NCBI RefSeq assembly: GCF_006345805.1
Contig: NC_043000.1
Location: 142,166,001 to 142,230,000, forward strand
Direction of reading: 5' to 3'
Source of the DNA: Octopus sinensis
Lineage: Eukaryota
DNA length: 64,000 nt
Shown piece after piece: positions 1-11,703 of the stretch; positions within the stretch are counted from its first letter, which is position 1; each line of letters opens with the position of its first letter. The notes below the pieces were generated by a model. That model had not been told where the DNA came from, ran no database searches, and was given only the letters and a program-made list of their open reading frames with translations. The translations under genes and the position numbers were made by a program.

Positions 1-107
1 TATATATATATATATATACACACACACATATATATATATACATACATACACACACACACACGCACACGCACACACACATACACTCACACACACATACATA
101 TATATAA
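1..107. repeat. compound (TA)n/(CA)n microsatellite
   Basis: Directly visible dinucleotide repeats. Confidence 0.95.
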
Positions 108-210
108 TTAATCCCCAAAAATGAAGATAGGGTAAACAACAACGCAAGGACGTGGTAATGCAAAGTATTAAAAGACGCGCAGGGAAGGAAAGAAAGGGTG
201 TTTTACATGT
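108..210 (-). repeat. short interspersed repeat fragment abutting (TA)n; paralog of 35061-35158
   Basis: Shares ACAACAACGC(A/G)AGGACGTGG...AGTATTA...GACGC.CAGG.A.GAA with 35061-35158; both begin next to a (TA)n tract. Confidence 0.65.
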
Positions 211-247
211 GCGTATGAGTGCGTGTGTCAGTATGTATGTATGTATG

Positions 248-281
<34 letters not shown>

Positions 282-1469
282 TGTATGTATGTATGTTGAT
301 AAACGCGAGTGTATTCGTATGTATACTAACCCTATCGTTTCTTAATAACTATAGGATTAACAAATGCATACGTTAATTCAAATCGACATTGAGTTTATGC
401 ACTTCCAGTAAGATATGCTGTTACAATGTTTTATGTAAATATATTTCATTTTCTGCTTCTGTCATTCTATCTGACTCAATATGTTTATTTGTATATGTAC
501 ACATGTATATGCATGTATATGCATACAATCACAGCATATATGGAGAGAGAGCCCTCAACCATTCACGTAAATATAGATGAAGATATGTATGTATGGGTCT
601 GTGTATCTCATGATACTTATACATATACATATGTGAATATATATAACTTTCTGAGTATGCATAAATATACATGCATATATATGTACATATAAGTGTGTGC
701 GTGTGCGTCTGTGTGTATTTTTTATATGGGTTTGTGTGTGTGAATGTATATACATATACAAATATATACAAATATAGAATTCCATATATACATCTTACTT
801 AACGTATATAAAGTATAGGAAATCATATTGCTGCAATATTCACCTCAAGAGGTTTTCATGTATAGACGTATAGTGCTGAAAAGCAAACAAAAACGTATTG
901 GTAGCAGACGAAAAGTGTCTAGTAACGATGGTTGAATCGCCAGATTATGATATATTTTCTTTATGTGCTTCAAAGCCAAGAGTTTAAATTATCGACCATT
1001 GCTTCTCACTGAGGAAAGTCTTTGCGTTTTAACACTATACGTTTATGCAATGAGCTGCCTCAAGAAGAATACATCAGTTTATTATCTTTTGTAAAACACA
1101 CGTTAAGGGGGATATAGAGAATGCTTTATTGGGCCAATATGTATTCGGTCGCTAAAGACGAATTTTTACCTATACTGTGAGTTATTTGCAATGCTAGTGC
1201 TTTGTTAATCACAATTTTGCAATATCAGTAGAAGGAAAGCATAAGATTGATTGTAGATACTTGCTACTGATGACATGCAAAGGAATAGAAATTCTGATTT
1301 AATAATTTCCCCAACGCTGGTGAAGAAGTTTTGTTTGATACTGACACATTTTTCTGAATTTTAGTTCTTACGTCTACATGCGATGCTCACCAAAGACAAA
1401 TTCAGTTTTAGTGGTTTTCTGTATTATATATACGTTACGTAACGTATACACAATAGTTTGTTGTGAAAC

Positions 1470-1780
1470 ACTTATTTCTACTGCATTGAATGTGTTTTAC
1501 ATAGGATGTGTGCGGTGTCTAGTAGTACTATTTTCAGTATGTTATATACACTTGTAACTGCTGGTATATTTGTTATGTTTTTGTCTGAACAGCATTTTGT
1601 CATACCTAATGTGCCTGCTATGATAGGAATTGTTTCTGTTTTTAGACTCCACATTCAAGTTACCTCCATTTCCAGATCTTTGTATTTTAAAGTGTCTCCG
1701 TTTCTTTTAGTGTTGGCATAGTTTCTAGTGTATATAGATCCCAACTCTCACGAGTCCTTCTTAGCCAGGACTGTGCAGCA
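1470..1780 (-). mobile_element. Dong/R4-like RLE LINE, 3' end fragment (decayed)
   Basis: Minus strand reads KYKDLEMEVT*MWSLKTETIPIIAGTLGM...ILKIVLLDTAHIL and CTVLAKK, the C-terminal restriction-like endonuclease region of R4/Dong ORFs. Confidence 0.8.
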
Positions 1781-2150
1781 ACAAATATTCTGCTCGATAC
1801 CACAGATTTGCTTGTCCCTTGTTTAACCATAACCAGTTGAGCATGTCTCTTAGTGGTTGACGATATGTGCATCTCTGATCACGAGCAGAAGTGGTAGGGA
1901 AGCATTATAACCATGTGTTGAGAGGAATATTTTGACAAACTATCCAGAGACCTTTTGAGTGGAATAGGCTACTCGACCTGAAGAAAATTCTAACTGGGCC
2001 TCATCTTCAAGATCATGTGCTGTTTATCTTGATATGAGATCACCATGTCGCGCACATATCGTTGTGATGCATGTGCCTAGTGTACCCTTATCAGACGGGT
2101 AGTCATGATAGGTATACTGGGCTTTGATGACATGCACTGCTCTCTCACTC
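1778..2150 (+). mobile_element. partial copy of the 555-bp (AAT)n-associated non-coding element
   Basis: Reverse complement of much of 16486-17040 with internal deletions; ends ...CTCTCTCACTC followed by (AAT)n. Confidence 0.85.
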
Positions 2151-2166
2151 AATAATAATAATAATG

Positions 2167-2228
<62 letters not shown>

Positions 2229-2229
2229 T

Positions 2230-2260
<31 letters not shown>

Positions 2261-2265
2261 TAATA
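2151..2265. repeat. (AAT)n microsatellite
   Basis: Directly visible. Confidence 0.95.
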
Positions 2266-2269
2266 ACAA

Positions 2270-3495
2270 ACGCTTAAACTCATTAGCAATGACGTCGGGA
2301 TGGAGTTTGGCCTCGATAAGTGTGCTAAAGCAACGTTTCTAAGAGACAATCACAGACTTCCATTAAATTAGACACCGACACTACCATCAAGGAGCTTGAC
2401 CAACATGAAAGTTACAAATACCTGGGGATAAATGAAAGAGTGAGTATACAACATGCTACTATAAAGGGAAAAAGTAACAAAGGTGTACTATAAGAGAATA
2501 AGACTTATATTTAAAACTGAACACAATTCCAAAATTAGCATCGAGGCCACTAACATCCTAGCACTTCCAATAGTCCAATGCAGTATTAACATCATTCACT
2601 GGAATCCTACGGAGCGCCAACGCCAGGATAGGAAGACAAGAAAACTGCTATCATCTAAACGTAGATTCAGTGAAACATTTGACGAAATAATAAACCATCT
2701 CAATTCGAGATGCCCTGTGCCGACAACAAACGAATACAGAAACCGCCGCGATAGGGTAGAACAGTATTTACATTGGAAAATGTGGAAACAGTACAAAATC
2801 AGCACTCCTGCTTACAGGTATGAACATCATCCTGAGACAGTCGTTGAAGGCAAAAATGTTACAATCCTCTTGGATTTTCCAGTCAATACCGACATAATGA
2901 TGAAGGCTAATCGACCAGACTCTATCAATAAGGACAGGGAAGAAAATACTTGTAGATGTATAGGTGTAAATATATCTGTAAAGAACTTGAGAAATTAAAT
3001 AAATATAAGTACCTGGAAATTGAAATGTAAAATATGTGGCATCTTAAAGCGAGAAATGTTACTGTTATTGTGGTTGCCCAATATATGATATAAAAGGGAT
3101 GTCAGAAACATCTAAATAAAATACCAGGAGAACCATTTCTCAGAGAAAGAACTGTTCCTGTTATTGTGGGTGCCCTAAATTTGATATTAAAAAATGGATT
3201 TCAGAACCATATAGGCAAAAGCTCAAGAGAAGCATGCCTCAGAAAAATCCAAATGATTGTTCTGAGACGTACTGTCCACATCCTTAAAACAATCCTATCA
3301 ATTTAAATGTCTATATTGTATTACATGAAAATATTTCGTTACTGCTCCTGCCACTTCCCCTCCTCAATCTTTGAGTCATACTTTAACAGTTCTTATCCTT
3401 TACTCACACTAGGACGCTGGATGTATCCTGGCAAGTGATTGCAATAAACATGCAGATTAAAAATAACCAACAAACACAACAATCATAATAATAGG
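2270..3495 (+). mobile_element. Dong/R4-like non-LTR retrotransposon, 5'-truncated pseudogene (RT end, RHD region, PD-(D/E)xK endonuclease, 3' UTR)
   Basis: Motifs ISNDVGMEFGLDKCAK, SYKYLGINE, DRKTRKLL, RRDRVEQYLHWK, ILLDFPVNTD..KANRPD, KYKYLEIE with frameshifts and stops; AAT-like tail. Confidence 0.85.
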
Positions 3496-3559
3496 AATAT
3501 TAATTATAGTAAGATTATAGTAGTCTAACGCTATGTTTAACGAAAGTTAAATATCTAGT

Positions 3560-3960
3560 TCGAAGCGGGAAAGCATGTGTATATCATGTGTATCATATTG
3601 CAGGAGAAATTGCTTGCTTAGCACTTAATATTGACAGTAGAAGAAACAACGTGTCCCCTGACGAGAAATCTCTTTATTATAATCTTAACCGTTTCTGAAA
3701 CTGTCAAAAATCTTCAAAAACGCTTCACTAGATGAAAACTTATTTAGAAAAATCTTTTCTTTCAAACATAGGAAATGAAAACACCACTTCTGAAAATAAA
3801 TTTTTCTGGGAGCCCGAAACCAGGAATATTAGAGGCGGTATTAAATGGTGTATAATAAGAAGTACATTGCCATATAATGGGAGGAGACTAAAATACAAGG
3901 ACATTGCATATCCTTAGATCCAAATCTATCATATTAAAGAAAAGGAAAGAATTAATATAA
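3560..3960 (+). mobile_element. Penelope-like element GIY-YIG endonuclease remnant (Naiad-like)
   Basis: IFKKRF-like (frameshifted) followed by ENTTSENKFFWE...IKWCIIRSTLPYNG, resembling the PLE endonuclease C-terminal pattern TxLSKYIWELK...IKWxIL...PYN. Confidence 0.5.
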
Positions 3961-5221
3961 CTTAGAATTTTAAAACCTTCTCGAATAAACGGAGGATTTA
4001 TTAGTGTTCCCTTATATAAATTCTAGTGTCTGCTTTCCTTCTTCAAGTATAGTTAGTATATTAGTTAACCAGTATTAACTAGTAGTTATACAAATATTTG
4101 TTTTATCTAAGTATGTTATTTGATTATTTTATCTCGTTATTTATCAATTTTATCTGCTTATTTCTTCTAATCGTTTTATTAATGATTTTAGTTAAATTTC
4201 TAAATACTATTATTGTTAATTATTCTCATTACATTCTATTTGAGTTGAGGTTATTGTTATTCTTAAGTAATTTTAAAGTTAATTGTAATTAGATTCTTTA
4301 ATTGTTATTTTTGTAATTATGTTTAATTACTCTTTTATTCTTAATTGCCTTTAAATTTATTTTATAATTTATTGATTTATTTTTACCTTAGTTTTTAACT
4401 GAACTTGAATCTTAACCTCATTACAAGTATTTTAATTTCTCATTTTTATTCCTTTAAGGAAAATAATTCTTTTGGAATATAATACCTTCCCATGTAAATA
4501 ATATTGCAGTTATTTTCTGTTAGTTCTTACAGTAACTATTCTCTTGTTTTCTACTTATAGTTTATTTGCTAGATTTAATACTGATCGAATGACATCTCGT
4601 TTGGAACCTAAATTATTACATACTGATTAACTTGGTTCTACTTTCCTACCCTCTCTATTTGCGATGGTCATCAATAATTTAAATAGGATAATAATTTTTG
4701 TCATGAACACTCTTTAAGTTGTCGTGTGGAACTTAGGATATTAAATATGTAACACTTGTAGAATTATCTAATAAACACTGTTCTCAAGTAGGTCTGTAGA
4801 TATACCTCCCATACGTTTTACGCTGGTGAAATACCAAAAGAGATGTGATATACCTTTGATAAAGCTAGGGTGGTGTTAATTTTCTCTATCGCTATAGAAT
4901 CATCATCCATTAAATATGGTGATCGATTAATATGCAAGATTACTACATCGCAGAATTTTTTTAAATGCCAACGATTGTGAAACGTGCGTAAGCAAATTAA
5001 AGTGTGCACGTTTTTCCATCCTTTGTGCATTTCTTCTGTATTTTGTGAATTATACTAATTTATTTACTAATTTATTATACTAATTTATTTAAAAGTTTCT
5101 TTCGTTTTGCTGAATTAAGCCCGTATATGTTCTGTCAAAAACTGAGAAGTCCATCTTAGATATACTGAAAGAACGAAGCAAACTCTGACTTTCTTCGTAT
5201 ACCCACCCAGCCCAACCCCAC

Positions 5222-5377
5222 ATATGCATACATACATATACATACACACACATATATATGTATGTATATATATACATATACACATAATATATATATAGAT
5301 AGATAGATAGATAATACATATATATATATATATACATAATACATACATACATATATTTATGTGTATATATATAAATA

Positions 5378-5437
<60 letters not shown>
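5222..5437. repeat. compound (TA)n/(CA)n/(GATA)n microsatellite
   Basis: Directly visible. Confidence 0.95.
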
Positions 5438-5438
<1 letters not shown>

Positions 5439-5780
5439 TACAGTGTACATTTAAACAAATAAGGAATCCACTAATAGAAATCAACATGCTAGAAAGAACA
5501 GCTAGGTTCAATAACCACAAAATTAGGGATAAAATCTCGACATGAAAAAGTAAACACTTTTACCATCTAGTTTCCTGGACCAATTGACTTCTGATTTCAG
5601 CTTAAAAACTAAAATCAGAAACCAATTGGTCCAGGAAACTGGATGGTAAAAGTGCTTATTTTGTCAATTCTTTCCTGTCGGGATTTTATCCCTAATTTTA
5701 TGGTTATTGAACCTAGGTGTTATTTCTAGCCTGTTGAATTCCACGAGTGGATTCCTTATGTGTTTAAATGTACACTGTAT
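5438..5780. repeat. about 340-bp imperfect palindrome (arms about 165 bp, tiny loop near 5603)
   Basis: ATACAGTGTACATTTAAACA...TTCCTGGACCAATTG..TTCTGATTT mirrors AAATCAGAAACCAATTGGTCCAGGAA...TGTTTAAATGTACACTGTAT. Confidence 0.9.
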
Positions 5781-5911
5781 TTTGTGAGTGATATATAATA
5801 TTTGGACTAAATTTTTATATGCTAGACCACTGGAAGTAAAAATTTCTATTACTTACCATTTCCATTCGGTATGATTAAGTATATATATATACATATATAT
5901 ATACTTACATA

Positions 5912-6667
5912 CGTGGGGTATCCAAAAGAAACCGGAATTGTGCAAGAGTATCTTATTCACTGAGTTTTGCATGTTTACATTTTTATCGCCTTCAACGTAT
6001 TCTCCATTTGAAGCAATGCATTGGTCCAGATGCAATTCCCATTGGTCAAAGCACTGCTGGAACTCATGCAAAGCGATGGTTTTTTACGCCTTTGTCGTTT
6101 TTTTACTTCACCTCTTCCTCATCTGCAAATTCTATTGCACCAACTTTCGTCCCCTGTGATAACCTCCGAAGAAAGTTTCGCATCAATTTCCGAGCAAGCG
6201 AGACATACATGTTGCTGCAAATCTTTTCTGTCGCAATTCTCCGCTAAAAATTCATTGGCTGGAGCTCCAGGACATACCAGTCATATCAACAAGTTCATCC
6301 ATTTTTTGGTGATTGTCCTCCCACATCAGTCCAAGAATTTTCAGGTTTTCATTCGTTCAGAAGGTCGACTGACACCCTGAACGTTGTTGGTTTCAATCGA
6401 CAAGTGACCATTCTTGGAACATGAAAATCACTCGTAAGCATATGTTTCCCCAACAGAAAACAGGATTTCACGGAAACACACTGTTCCTTCGTTTGAGCAG
6501 TCGTAAAAATCTTCGAACATTGCAAATCAAAGACACATCAAGAGGATGCCGGTCAGCAGACTGATGCCTGAGGGTTGCATCAAGTGGTTTCTAGCAGCGG
6601 AAGCCTGAGCTACAACGGGCTTATCCCACAGAGAACGTTTCCGGTTACTTTTGGGTGCCCTCTTCTG
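5912..6667 (-). mobile_element. internally deleted mariner-like DNA transposon
   Basis: TIRs GGGGTATCCAAAAGAAACCGGAA and TTCCGGTTACTTTTGGGTGCCC, TA flanks; minus strand FQQCFDQW..LDQCIASNGEYVEGD (mariner C-terminus) and an HTH-like segment DELVDMTGMSWSS. Confidence 0.85.
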
Positions 6668-9470
6668 TATACATTTATATATGTGTATGTACATATGCAT
6701 GAATGAATGTATGCATCTATGTGTGTGTATCTATGCATGTATGTATGCATGCATGTCTGTACGTATGAGTGTATGTATGCGTGCGTGTGCGTGTATGTGT
6801 GTATGTGTGTGTGTGTGCGTGTGTTTATGCGTGTTATTTGCAAAGAGCAGAGACAGCGGAAAGTAATTTGATAGACGATGGAGTTTACAATTGCTTTTAC
6901 ATTTATTCCTAATTACCTAACATCGTATGATAAAACTTTGATTAGCAGTCGTTATTAGGAAACACTAAGGAAAGAATGATTTTAAAGATCAAATAAAATA
7001 ATTAAAAATGACGACAGAACTAGAGGCAAAAGCAAGAAATTTAAAATATTATCGTATAATTCCCTTTATATCTTAGAATTAAGCGCATCCCTCGCCAGGA
7101 AAATTATAAACACTAAGCGCACTTATCTAATAATCACAATATTAATAAAGAAATAATATTGACTGAAGTCAAGAATTCCATCATTTCCAATTATTCACCG
7201 ACACTCTTTTAGTATCAAAAAAGCAACTCTCTCAGTACTAATGGATACCTGACACTCCACCCTGGAATGTAATAAACGAACTTCATTCTAATGTCAGCTT
7301 TCACCACAGATACATAACCCGCTGAGAAGTTACCAATATGTCAGTGAAAATTGAACATTATTTTGCTTTAAGCTATCTTATTTTCAATAAATAGATTACC
7401 ATATAGATGCTACAGAAACGACCAAACCACTCATACCAAATTCGTGTTTAAAAGACAAACATGGGCATCTTAAGATTCTTTGGAAATTTGGAAAAATAAT
7501 TACCAACTTTCGAAAATCTGGAGCTTAAGCTTTACTGTATAGCCAGAGATTTTGTTCCATACCATGGACATTTTATGCCATGTTTTAAAGTCGACTATTT
7601 TCTGTAAACACAAAAGTTGAGAATGATTGAAATATACTAAAAACATAAAAGAGCCACAAAAATTATTTTCTTAGACGCAATGATATTTTGTTCATCACAC
7701 TGACCATCTCTCGAAGTAAATTGAACCCGAAGATCACTCTGCTTGACCCACAAGTATTGTTTCACCTTGTGTATGATTATGCTTTCCACAACACTGTTAT
7801 ATTCATATCATCGCCTCGCACCGTTTAACTGATTATATTGCAGAATATTTGAATATACATTATACCTACTTGATAAACAAATATTATCATATGATTTTTA
7901 GATAGGTGATTACGATTTTAAATTCTTTCAGTGTTAATTCCACGGAGTTTACGTCAGTCGTCACATCTAGGTATTTTATCTACATATACCCGTTTCCTTT
8001 TGTACATCCGTTATATGGTCGTTATTCCTTTGCTCTCATTTTTCAAAATCATAAATATGAGAGATTGCAAAAATATCAAAAATATTCAAATTGAGATATG
8101 ATATATTGATTGTTGATCCAATATTGACTATTTCGGATATCTACATTTCTGACACTTTGAAGCTTCCTGGCAGCATAGCCACGCATGACTCTCTGCACAT
8201 AAGTAAATGGCCTTTCATCTAAAGTTCTGTCGCAGGAACGCCAAAAACAACCCTCTGTCTGTGTATCCTTGGTCATCATCCAGGGAATACTATCAGAGAT
8301 ATTCTATTCCAACCTCCATCATTATATTTGTCTCATGAATTTTTGTTTGATCCATGGAAGCATTTCGACATTTTGTGGTTAATAGATGCTGCAGAGGAAC
8401 ATTGATGCAACATTCAAATCCCACTTAAGTGTTTGTTAAATCTGTATGTCTTTCGTTACGCATCAGGAAGGGGGATGTTATGTAACTGTTGAAGTGAAAA
8501 TTTATTTTTCTGGTGAATAGCTTTCGTGTTTTAACATCAGCAATCTAGATTACATATAGCACCCAGTCGAATTTCCAAAATATGGATATCAGTACTAATG
8601 CAGTACATTCGTAATGGACTATTCATTCAGTACATGCAGAGACATTACGATAACATATTGTTTTCTGAAATTCACTGGCTATATTTTCCATGCTCCAAAT
8701 TTCATCATAATATATATTCTTATGTTTCCTAAGTATCAGGGGCATTCCATATCAATTATCAGAGAAACAGACAACTGACAGTGATATTGGCAGAAATAAT
8801 TATCATGGTCCAAACCAAACCAATCTCAGTAAACTTTATTAAAATTCTAACTTGTTCAGGTTGCATCTTCATACTATTGATAATTTTTGCACCCAATTTC
8901 AGGTTCCCATGACAAAGCGGTTTCCTAAGATTTTGCCATTTCAATTAGCCAATCATACACATCAGATTTCCTCTCAAAACATGAAAATAAGTTTGTCTTA
9001 TACTGAAATTATTAACAGCAATATAATTCACTGACACCCTCAGATTTACACCTCTGGTAATTTATCTGAAAAGGAAAGCTAAAATCATTTCCATTATGCA
9101 TGTTCAAGGTGGTTGATCATGGCAAAATCACAGTTCCGTAGACAAGGTAATTATTTTTTAAACTTTAGCAAATTCTAGGGCATTTGGCATTCAAAAATAA
9201 GAAACAGGAGCCTATACCTTCTTGTAATCAAACGATAAGATTATCTGGTTCTACCTAAGGGAATCAGAGTTACTAAAAGTCATACACCATAGCCCGCACA
9301 AAGTCTCGATCCAAAAGCTTGCTTGTTAAGCTTTGCTGATATGGTGTTAATATACTAACAATAGGTTCAGGAACGCTGCGTACATGTTATACATTTTAAT
9401 ATAGTATGCCATTAGACGTCATTTGTTAAGGCACGATCTTCTTTTGTAACATCTGTTTCTGTCAAAACAA

Positions 9471-9612
9471 TATGTATGTATGTATGCATGTATGTATATA
9501 TGTATGTATGTATGTATGTACGTATGTATGTATGTATGTATGTATGTATATATGTATGTATGTATGTATGTATATATCTATGTATGTATGTATCTATGTA
9601 TGTATGTATGCA
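9471..9612. repeat. (TATG)n microsatellite
   Basis: Directly visible. Confidence 0.95.
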
Positions 9613-10431
9613 TTTATGGATGCATGCAGGTATCTATGTGAATTCAGAGGTTGCGCATAAATCTTAATAGGATATTTTCGATAGAAATTGTATTTTTGTA
9701 GCAATATCTGACAATTGACTATTCTCTTGACTCTTTATTTTTCTGAAGTTTTTCTATAATAAACATGAGAATACCAAGGTTAAAAAGGGATGTTATCAGT
9801 CTAATAGAGAGATAACGATCGTTTCGAAATATTTTGCATCATTATTAATTTTTTTGTGCATCATTATTAAACCTCTTTTTCTAACTTCACAATTTTTCCT
9901 TCAAATGAATCCAACATGAAATTGTTGTCCAAATGTCTGTACGTAAATTACTGATTAGGTTCAACTGAATTTTTTTCTTGCTTAGTTTTCTGTCAGCTGT
10001 TTTCTACTGGTGCCAGGTTTATGCATTGGCAAGTTGTTTAAGAGTGATCAATTCATACTGCAGTAGTCTCCTTTTTTATTTCCCAACATTTCCTACGTTT
10101 TGCAGTTCCATATTTTAGTTAGAAGTGAAGTTCTTTACTGTGATTGCATATGATTAGCAATCCCAGAAGCATTATAGTTCGCTATAGATCAATCATTATT
10201 TCTTTCGTTCTCCAAATCCTTGGTTATACATATGCATACGTGTTCAGAGAGAGAAAGAGAAATATATACAGAGAGAGAGAGAGAGAGTGTGTGTGTGAGA
10301 GAGAATTTGTTGCATTTTGAAGTGTATCTAAAATAGTCTCTTTAGTTTTAATTCGCCATGGCGAAAGGAGAAATTATTTACATTCCTTACGATTTCGTTA
10401 CTCGTTATCAATAGTGTGTTTCTTATTACAG

Positions 10432-10544
10432 GTCAAATGCTGATCAGGAAATGCAGTTGAAAACACAAAAATGACCCAGGATTTAAGGACCACATGGAAA
10501 TGCTGTTTTACGGGGAGAGAAAGAAGGAATTACTGATCTACAGG
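10432..10544 (+). other. candidate spliced exon (probably non-coding or UTR)
   Basis: Acceptor TTTCTTATTACAG|G and donor AGG|GTGAGT; 113 nt; stop codons in all three frames. Confidence 0.3.
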
Positions 10545-10659
10545 GTGAGTTATATTACGGGTTATATTATGAGATATATTATGAGTTATACCATGGCAAC
10601 CAAATGGCCCCGGGTCCAGTGTACAATAGTCTTATGCTAACAAAAGCTCTCTTTGTGTA

Positions 10660-10915
10660 TTTGGCAAATGGAGACTGTAAGACACTTTCTGTATATGTAT
10701 GTGTGTGTATGTATGTGTGTATCTGTGCGTTTTATTATGTTTGTCCGCCACCATTGCTTGACAACCGGGGTTTCTTTGTTTGCATCCGTGTTTCGGAAAA
10801 GAGGGTGATATAATAAATACCTGACTTAAGAAATAAACATTGGGGCGATTTGCTACAATAAAACGTGCACGGCTGCGTCCAATGACTGAAACAGAAAAAT
10901 ATAAAGGATAAAGTT
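10660..10915 (+). mobile_element. degenerate SINE family A copy
   Basis: TTTGTCC...CATTGCTTGACAACCG...GATTTGCT...AATGACTGAAACA match the intact copy at 11992-12406. Confidence 0.7.
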
Positions 10916-11054
10916 ATACAAAGTAGATATAGGCATACACAGAGAAAACAGGAGCACACGCATGCCCCCCCCCCACACACACACAGTTATGTATGTGCTT
11001 ATGTATGTGTATATTTGGCAATTCAGCGCGTGTGTATATGTTGCACTTACTATA

Positions 11055-11598
11055 ATTTTAAAATTATATTTATAAAATGATATACTTCGTATTAATTTCT
11101 ACCTTAATTGGTTTTTCACTCTGGCTACTTGATAAAACCTTATATAGATAAAATATTATATATATACTTGAGTTTTATTGATAAATATTAAACTAGAATT
11201 CATTCAGTGCATTATTGTGGTTATTCACAAGTGGCTGAGATGAACAAACTAGATTTCTCACTTGTATATAAGAGCATATACTAATATGATATTTGTACAT
11301 CCTCTGTGGATAAGCTGTATTCGTATAGTATATATAAATGTTTATATTCATGTATTTGTGATTATGTCATACTGATGATACGAGAGTGTATTACTTCACT
11401 AACCTTGAAATCGTTCGATACATGACTAAACATTTTCAAACAGTCTTCTGTTCATTCTCTTAATTTCAGCGTGTGTGTGTATGTGATAAATTAGTTTAGA
11501 GCCATTTGACGTCTTCTTCCAGTGTGTGGCATTACCTCTCGTAATTGTCCCTATTAAAATTTTATAATTATAGTTATAAAATTATATACTTCGTATTA
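11055..11598 (+). mobile_element. hammerhead-bearing non-coding element with 40-bp terminal direct repeat (retrozyme-like or PLE pLTR-like)
   Basis: Direct repeats 11055-11094 and 11559-11598 (37/40 identical, period 504); internal hammerhead at 11366-11426; homologous to 25921-26380. Confidence 0.6.
11366..11426 (+). ncRNA. type I hammerhead ribozyme motif (partly decayed)
   Basis: GTCATA-CTGATGA-[28-nt stem II with AGTG/CACT]-GAAA-TCG TT CGA-TA-CATGAC; complete core, stem I GTCAT/ATGAC with one mismatch at its base. Confidence 0.6.
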
Positions 11599-11664
11599 TA
11601 TAAATATTTATTTATATTTGTATCTCTCTCTCTCCCTCTCTCTCTCTATATATATGTGTGTATG

Positions 11665-11703
<39 letters not shown>

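Noticed and set aside
3631-3707. Type III hammerhead-like pattern TTGACAG-TA...CTGACGA...GAAA-CTGTCAA
   Set aside because: Stem III is good but stem I barely pairs, stem II is out of register, and the site lies inside a decayed GIY-YIG coding region; probably chance.
5133-5175. CTGAGAA...GAAA hammerhead-like spacing
   Set aside because: Core mismatch and no stem I or stem III.
11372-11410. SECIS interpretation of the ATGA...GA stem
   Set aside because: No apical AA motif; the full hammerhead core with stems I and III explains it better.
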